Below are positions 58,144 to 64,000 of a stretch of DNA of 64,000 nucleotides, piece by piece; position 1 is the first letter of the stretch; each line of letters starts with the position of its first letter. The position numbers and the translations under genes are program-made. Source of the DNA: an uncultured virus (IMG/VR IMGVR_UViG_3300008267_000250). Lineage: Duplodnaviria > Heunggongvirae > Uroviricota > Caudoviricetes. The stretch is from positions 1-64,000 of IMG/VR virus record IMGVR_UViG_3300008267_000250; one strand, written 5' to 3'. The notes under the pieces were generated by a model that was not told the DNA's origin, did not search any database, and saw nothing but the letters and a program-made list of their open reading frames with translations.

Positions 58144-59517
58144 ATGGCAATGAGATTCACCAATATTTTAAAAGACTTGATTGTTGAAAGTTCAAGATTT
58201 CAAGTACTATTTGACAAATATGTTAAACCAAATAAAGAAACAAAAAAAGGCATCATGCCTTTTGAAACGTTGTTTGCAATAATTGCGGCTGACCCAACAT
58301 CAAGAATTCCTGAAGGAATGGTTATTGACAACGCGAGACCACAAGATATGGAAAAAGTAAAAATTGGAAAATATACCCAATGGTTACTTAAAAACTTTAC
58401 AACACCAAGTATTGAACTAAGTAGTGGTGTTACTGACCCTAATAGTCCAGTGGTTAAACAAGCCATTAAAGAGTACCAAGCGTTATTTTTGGAGGATCTT
58501 TATAAAGTTACCGGTGACTTAATGAAATATGAGAGATTCAAAAATAGATTACCACAAGAGTTTAGAGATATTAATAAACTAACGCCAGAGACACTTTATG
58601 ACCAAGTAAAGGATTTCAGTTTAGAAAAAACTAAAGCAACCGCTGAGGAGAAAAAAGAGGCATCAAAAACGTATGCTCACCCAGGCGCTGATATCGTTTT
58701 TAAAGGTTCAGATTGGACTGTTGCTAGAATTTCAGATACTGGTCAATTAGGGAAAGATGCTGCGTGTTTTTATGGTGGATATTATTTGGAACCACAAAAA
58801 GGTGAAACAAGATGGTGTACATCATCACCTGGACTTGATTGGTTTAATAGATACATCAAAGATGGTCCATTATATGTTGTAATACCAAACTCACCTCGTA
58901 AATTTACTGGTAGTGACGAAATTGGTCAAAAATCAGGACTTCCTGCTTATAGATACCAGTTCCACTTCCCATCTAATCAATATATGGATCCAGCTGATAG
59001 ACAAATTGATTTGGTTAAGTTTTTACAAGGCGAAGAACAAGGACTTAAAGAGTTTTTCAAACCAGAATTTATGAAAGGACTTTCACAAAATAATGGTGAA
59101 AAAGTATCTGTAAACTATCCAAGTGATTCGGCATCCAAATTTATTGCACTTTATGGGTTTGATGAGTTTTTTGAAACATTACCAGCAAATATCAAAAGAT
59201 TGGAATTCACACACAAAGGTGGTGATGCGTTCAATTTAGATTTACCAGAAAAAATCGGAGATTTTAAACAATTAAGTGCTTTACATTTAGTTGGATGTGT
59301 TTCTAAGATTCCAGATAGTATATGTAATTTGAAAGAACTAAAATTCTTATCATTACCTGATAATCCGAATTTACAACCATTACCAGCATGTTTGGCTGAC
59401 CTACCAAAACTTTCAATCATTAATATTAAAGGAAGTAAAACTGACGGAACAATTCCGGATGCTTTAAGAGAAAGAACTGAGAGAGATAGTAATTTCTTTA
59501 TATTTGATAAGAAGTAA
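58144..59517 (+). CDS. Hypothetical protein with C-terminal leucine-rich repeats
   Basis: TRWCT motif; C-terminal LPEKIGDFKQL / IPDSICNLKEL / LPACLADLPKL LRRs; upstream TATTTAT. Confidence 0.65.
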   Translation: MAMRFTNILKDLIVESSRFQVLFDKYVKPNKETKKGIMPFETLFAIIAADPTSRIPEGMVIDNARPQDMEKVKIGKYTQWLLKNFTTPSIELSSGVTDPNSPVVKQAIKEYQALFLEDLYKVTGDLMKYERFKNRLPQEFRDINKLTPETLYDQVKDFSLEKTKATAEEKKEASKTYAHPGADIVFKGSDWTVARISDTGQLGKDAACFYGGYYLEPQKGETRWCTSSPGLDWFNRYIKDGPLYVVIPNSPRKFTGSDEIGQKSGLPAYRYQFHFPSNQYMDPADRQIDLVKFLQGEEQGLKEFFKPEFMKGLSQNNGEKVSVNYPSDSASKFIALYGFDEFFETLPANIKRLEFTHKGGDAFNLDLPEKIGDFKQLSALHLVGCVSKIPDSICNLKELKFLSLPDNPNLQPLPACLADLPKLSIINIKGSKTDGTIPDALRERTERDSNFFIFDKK

Positions 59518-59534
59518 TTTTTTTGTTATCTTTG
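59503..59534 (+). promoter_or_regulatory. Bacteroidota-type promoter TTTG-N20-TATCTTTG
   Basis: TTTG at 59503-59506 and TATCTTTG at 59527-59534, upstream of the ATG at 59553. Confidence 0.6.
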
Positions 59535-59552
59535 TTTTAAAATTGTGTTGTT

Positions 59553-59834
59553 ATGAGTAATTTGGATGTTGAAATATATATGACTAACTTCAAAAAGTAT
59601 TTTGAAAATAATCCAGACCAACTAACACAATTGATTGGTGACATTGAAAAAGAAAGGTTTTTTGATGGTGTCAGAAAAATAGTTGAAGAAAATTCAACAC
59701 AAGAGGATAAAGCCTTGGAACCAACAAGGAAACAACTTATTGGTTTATTACTTGACTTAAATGGAGTTACCACAAATATTGAAAAAGTTTTACCTTTTAT
59801 GGAACATCATATGGGTTTAATTTGTCTTAATTAG
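59553..59834 (+). CDS. Hypothetical protein
   Basis: 93 aa ending ICLN. Confidence 0.6.
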   Translation: MSNLDVEIYMTNFKKYFENNPDQLTQLIGDIEKERFFDGVRKIVEENSTQEDKALEPTRKQLIGLLLDLNGVTTNIEKVLPFMEHHMGLICLN

Positions 59835-59855
59835 AAACAATTTTAATTTTTAAAT

Positions 59856-61505
59856 ATGTCAAACATGACAGTTTTATATAAGTTTGAGAAAAAAACTTAT
59901 ATTACATATCTTTACGAGAACTTCAATGAAATACAAATTGAAAAGGATGATATCTGGCCTATTTATAATCCTTCGGGTAATGGCTCCTTTAAATCAAAAG
60001 ATGATAAAGTATATGATACCGAAGAGGATTTTGTTACTAATTATGGTAATCCTTTTGCGTCACCACATATGGAACGACAACTTTATGTGATTGAAGAAAA
60101 TGAAGATAAAATCGCATTTAAAATCTATAATTACCACTCCTTTAGGAATGTCGGAAAAAAGTATTTTAAAGTCAGAAAAACAATCAAGTTTTTAACATTT
60201 AATTTTAAAAGAAAAATATTTTATTTGGGTGAGGCCTCGTTTAAAAGAAAAATAAAAATAGGGTTCAAATGTAAAATGAATGTACCAAATTTAATGGATA
60301 GTAGCTTCGTGGGTAGTCTGTACCGATTGGGAGAACAACAAGTCAACGATTTATTATTTATGTTTTTAGATAAAATAAGAGAAAAACTTGGTTTTGAAAT
60401 TAAAAGACCAAATTTACCTTTTGAATATTATTATGAAACAATATTGAAATTATCCAAAATAAAGTATCCAGATGCGTTTTTTAAATTTTCAACAATGTTT
60501 GCGCCAGTAAAAGATATTAGAAAATATGATTCAAATCTTGTGACTTATTTTATGAGAAAAAACGACCTTAAAGGTAAAAAAATCAAAACGTTATTAAACA
60601 AATACGACAAATTGGATGTGGATAACATTATTCAATTATATAGGTTTTTTGGTCAAGACATGTTTAATAAAATAGATGATAATGTTTTTTTAACCAATGA
60701 GCTTTATAGTCTTTATAGTATTTATACACCAGCGATGGAAGGAAATTTACATAACTCTACTTTAACAAAAAAAGAAAAAGAAAATGTTTTAACAATTTTA
60801 AACAATACAAGAACGCGTGTTTTTGTTCCAACATTAATTGACCATATAGGTTTTAAAAAAAGATTAAAAAAATATGGTGAGAATGTTAAAATTGAGGCAA
60901 AAACATTGGATCAATTTACACAAGAGCACGTTGAATGGTCAACACTGGTACAATCGTATAATAATGGCCACGTTACAAGGTCTTATGGTGAAGAATCAAA
61001 TTTGGTTGAGGAACCAATCCACATTAATAACACAACCTATTTTCCGGTTCTTTTAAAAACAACAGAACAATATGAAAATGAATCGACACATCAATCAAAT
61101 TGTGTTAGGACTTATTCTGAAAAACCGTATTGTTTAATTATTTCATTAAGGAAGGACGATATAAATGGTGATAAAAGAGCAACCATTGAATATCAATTTA
61201 ATAGGGAGGGAATAAGAAGGTCACAAACGTTGGGTAAATACAATCAACCATTAAGTGAAGATTGGCACGAACCAATTATTGATTTGGATCAAAGGTTGAC
61301 ATATTATTATATGAAGGAGATAATAGAATTACCAGAAATGGTTAAAAGATATCCAAATGGTAAAACAATTAAAACGGTTTCAAATTTTACAGATGAAAAA
61401 GAACCATTTTTTGAAATGTTACCAAAGTGGTTTAACGAGGATATGATCAAAACTGAAAATAGTTATAATAACCCTTTTGATGAATATTTGTTTGATTTGT
61501 TATGA
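59856..61505 (+). CDS. PcfJ-like domain protein
   Basis: C-terminal L......E...QSNCV.TY....IISLR.....RATIE...Q..GK.N. Confidence 0.7.
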   Translation: MSNMTVLYKFEKKTYITYLYENFNEIQIEKDDIWPIYNPSGNGSFKSKDDKVYDTEEDFVTNYGNPFASPHMERQLYVIEENEDKIAFKIYNYHSFRNVGKKYFKVRKTIKFLTFNFKRKIFYLGEASFKRKIKIGFKCKMNVPNLMDSSFVGSLYRLGEQQVNDLLFMFLDKIREKLGFEIKRPNLPFEYYYETILKLSKIKYPDAFFKFSTMFAPVKDIRKYDSNLVTYFMRKNDLKGKKIKTLLNKYDKLDVDNIIQLYRFFGQDMFNKIDDNVFLTNELYSLYSIYTPAMEGNLHNSTLTKKEKENVLTILNNTRTRVFVPTLIDHIGFKKRLKKYGENVKIEAKTLDQFTQEHVEWSTLVQSYNNGHVTRSYGEESNLVEEPIHINNTTYFPVLLKTTEQYENESTHQSNCVRTYSEKPYCLIISLRKDDINGDKRATIEYQFNREGIRRSQTLGKYNQPLSEDWHEPIIDLDQRLTYYYMKEIIELPEMVKRYPNGKTIKTVSNFTDEKEPFFEMLPKWFNEDMIKTENSYNNPFDEYLFDLL

Positions 61506-61858
61506 GTATAGAGATTGAAAAAAATACGGTTCCAAAGTTTATCGTTGGTTTTTATATGGACAAATACGAACATTATCCTTGTTTTACTCAGACAAGGAAT
61601 GTAACCTATGAAGCTATCAATGTGTTAACCAAAAAAAACAGAATAATCTGGTTTGATAAGTTTTTTGACGGTAACACAACAACTATTAGAGAAGCGTTAA
61701 TTGATTATAGTACTAATTATAAGGTAATGGTTTATGTTAAGTCAAAAGGCGATGAACGTGTATTTAATTTATTTTTGTTATCAACCTCAGACGATAATGA
61801 ACATATAAATTATCTTATAAACGCATTAAATAAATTTTACACAATAGATATCGTATGA
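61502..61858 (+). CDS. Hypothetical protein
   Basis: 118 aa, ATGA-coupled at both ends. Confidence 0.6.
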   Translation: MSIEIEKNTVPKFIVGFYMDKYEHYPCFTQTRNVTYEAINVLTKKNRIIWFDKFFDGNTTTIREALIDYSTNYKVMVYVKSKGDERVFNLFLLSTSDDNEHINYLINALNKFYTIDIV

Positions 61859-62142
61859 AGGTAGTTGTTTTATTCACAATGAAAGGTTGTCCTTTTTGTG
61901 ATATGATTAAAGAGGAATTTAAAAAAGAAGATATATTATTTCTTGAAAGAGATATTGAGGAATTTGAAGAAGAATACGACTCGTTTGTTGAAGCAACCGA
62001 AAATGATTTTGTTCCGGCAATGACCCTATTAACATTAGATGAAAATGAGGAAGCGACAAATGTTAAACTTATCGCTCCCGACAGAGATTTTGATGACATT
62101 TACCAGGGCGTTGAATTGGTTAAACAATACCTATCAGAATAA
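61855..62142 (+). CDS. Glutaredoxin/NrdH-like thiol-disulfide oxidoreductase
   Basis: VVLFTMKGCPFC...ERDI...FVP (cis-Pro) thioredoxin-fold motifs. Confidence 0.8.
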   Translation: MKVVVLFTMKGCPFCDMIKEEFKKEDILFLERDIEEFEEEYDSFVEATENDFVPAMTLLTLDENEEATNVKLIAPDRDFDDIYQGVELVKQYLSE

Positions 62143-62959
62143 TATAAGTTCATCCACCAAATCAAGTTTTTCCCAAAGTAATTCATTTTTACTCAAGTAT
62201 AGATCACAACCGTTAAATTGTGACAAATCAAACCTTTCTTTTAATTCGTTAAGTTCAAAAGGAAATACATCCAAAATTAAAGATACCAACCAATCTTTAT
62301 TTACTATGTGTTTACCGGAAACAATATCAAAAATAACATTCTCATTATTGATTTCATTAATTGTTCCGATGTTACTTAACTTATATGTAATTTCTGACGA
62401 TATACCTTTTTTGAATAAATGGTACGTGATATATCTTAATAAGATGTGATAGTATTTTTCATTATTATTGGATAAACCAAAAAACTATGGACCTACTTAA
62501 TGGAAAATTGTTCAGAATGTCGTAGTTACATCTTGTTAAATCTTTTTCACTACAATCAAAATAAATAATATCATCATCAATTTTTAAATTTAGTAAAACA
62601 CCTTCCTTTACTAGACCATCAACAAATGTTTGCAACGTACTGTTATTATTTTTTGATTCACTATAACTTATAATTAAGTTTTTAGTATCAACTTCGGTGT
62701 TATAATTAATAACATCAAAAACTCTGATGGAATTCGCCAGTTCCTCACTATAAGTCAAACAAAATTCCCTTAATAGGTCACTTAAATTTATAACCACATC
62801 GGAGTTGGTATTTCCTTTAACAACAAAAAAATTCCTGACGTTAATAACACTTATTTTTGTGTTTGCGTCAGGAAATGTTTCATTAATTTTATTTACAATA
62901 AGACTTGCAAAGATATTACAAAGGTGTTTACCACCCAATAAATTGTATACTTCAATCAT
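62134..62959 (-). pseudogene. Degenerate S-adenosylmethionine synthetase (MetK)-like gene split by a +1 frameshift near 62485
   Basis: 5' ORF 62959-62465 plus a start-less 116-codon frame 62484-62134 ending ...LDVFPFELNELKERFDL...LWEKLDLVDEL, resembling the MetK C-terminus. Confidence 0.5.
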
Positions 62960-63022
62960 ATTTTATTTTTTAACATTTTATTTTTAGTTAATGTTAAAAA
63001 AAATAAAAATACGGTTAAATGC

Positions 63023-63160
63023 TTAATTACTCTTTTTGTAATATTTCTCAACAATTTTTTGTACAGCGTTTTTTACTGACTCATTGTTTTGTTGTTGAGT
63101 TTGAACAGGTTGAGCCTGTTGTTGTCCGTTGTTTTTGTTCTTACACCCGCAGCCTGACAT
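63023..63160 (-). CDS. Small protein, 45 aa (MSGCGCKNKNNGQQQAQPVQ...)
   Basis: Not in the ORF track; ATG at 63160, TAA at 63023-63025; minus-strand TATTTAT upstream (ATAAATA at 63191-63197). Confidence 0.6.
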   Translation of the reverse strand: MSGCGCKNKNNGQQQAQPVQTQQQNNESVKNAVQKIVEKYYKKSN

Positions 63161-63246
63161 TTTACTTAGTTTTATAAGTTTATTTTTAATATAAATATTT
63201 ATAAATTACAAATAATCTTTTGTCAATACAAACTATTTATAAAAAT

Positions 63247-64000
63247 ATGAAAATTAATTCTCTAATTAGAAAAATCATCAAAGAAGAAACCGAAGAATGG
63301 ATTGACGTTTCTCCGGAAGAATATAAAGAACTTTTGGACTACGTTAATGGTGACGGGTCAGTAATTAAAAGACTTCCAGACTATAAAGGTAAGAAAATTA
63401 AAATTACCGGTGATTTGGATCTTAGTAGAAGAGACGATGTTGAAAATATTGATAGTATTGATTACGTGGACGGTAAATTAGACATTAGTAATACAAATAT
63501 TTCATTTTTTGACAAATCCAAGGTAAAAAAATATATGTGGTACGGCAATTCCAAAATGGATAAGATTGAACGACAAAAGATATATAACCAAAGAATGGAA
63601 CATCAACAAGAGTTAAGAGAAGAAGATACCTGGAATGTTGAAAATGATGACGAGGAATCAAACGAAACTGAAGCGATTTATGATTACCTACTTGAACATA
63701 AAATTCCGGAGGTAATTGAAGATGAAACGACCGGTGAAGAAGTTAGAGAAGATAAATATTTTTTATTTAAAACAGATTATGATCACCACGGTGGTAACAT
63801 TTATATTTGGCTTGGAAACGGTAGTCACGGAAGTGAATATGTGGTGTTTAGAGATGATGAAATTAAAGATGCCGCAAAAAAAGAACTTCAAAACACGATA
63901 GATGAAATTGGTTTGGATGTATTTAGATGGTATGTTTGGGAAAATAATTTTGATGAAGAATATACCAGAAGATGGTTATATGATGATTATGAGGAAGTGA
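63247..64000 (+). CDS. Hypothetical acidic protein, 3'-truncated (MKINSLIRKIIKEE...)
   Basis: Open frame from the ATG at 63247 to the window end; TATTTAT at 63234-63240. Confidence 0.7.
   Translation, partial: MKINSLIRKIIKEETEEWIDVSPEEYKELLDYVNGDGSVIKRLPDYKGKKIKITGDLDLSRRDDVENIDSIDYVDGKLDISNTNISFFDKSKVKKYMWYGNSKMDKIERQKIYNQRMEHQQELREEDTWNVENDDEESNETEAIYDYLLEHKIPEVIEDETTGEEVREDKYFLFKTDYDHHGGNIYIWLGNGSHGSEYVVFRDDEIKDAAKKELQNTIDEIGLDVFRWYVWENNFDEEYTRRWLYDDYEEV

Noticed and set aside
62039..62449. Plus-strand 136-aa ORF
   Set aside because: It is the antisense shadow of the open minus-strand MetK-like C-terminal frame and overlaps the glutaredoxin gene.
1..64000. Alternative genetic code (TAG/TGA recoding, seen in some large phages)
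   Set aside because: Standard-code ORFs tile the window densely, and TAG and TGA terminate genes at coupled junctions.

Overview
A gene-dense, AT-rich fragment, almost entirely on the + strand and read in the standard genetic code. It appears to come from a large tailed (myovirus-like, probably jumbo) phage. The host is probably a Bacteroidota bacterium, based on a Bacteroidota-type short RpoD, TTTG/TTG-N20-21-TAnnTTTG promoters, A-rich translation starts without Shine-Dalgarno sites, SprB repeats and an Hc1-like protein. Positions 1-34.2 kb are a baseplate/tail/fibre module: gp25-like and gp6-like wedge proteins, SprB-, LRR- and YadA-repeat proteins, and Pro-Thr mucin-like tracts. A GT60-like plus tandem GT34-like glycosyltransferase pair is embedded in this module. 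Positions 34.2-49.4 kb cover DNA metabolism and regulation: RuvC-like resolvase, primase, PD-(D/E)XK nuclease, a GT-FkbM fusion, SbcD/SbcC, a type IIG-like R-M fusion, sigma-70 and two tandem C5-methyltransferases. Positions 49.4-64 kb hold a candidate stand-alone double-pseudoknot ncRNA, a lysis-like cluster with a degenerate amidase, putative head-packaged proteins, Hc1, DnaJ, PcfJ, glutaredoxin and a frameshifted, degenerate MetK-like gene. Top leads: (1) a phage-encoded mucin-type O-glycosylation system for virion proteins with a possible [ST][GA]xT sequon; (2) the promoter/two-pseudoknot/terminator RNA; (3) the pseudo-MetK. All family assignments come from motif recognition by eye, not from database searches.
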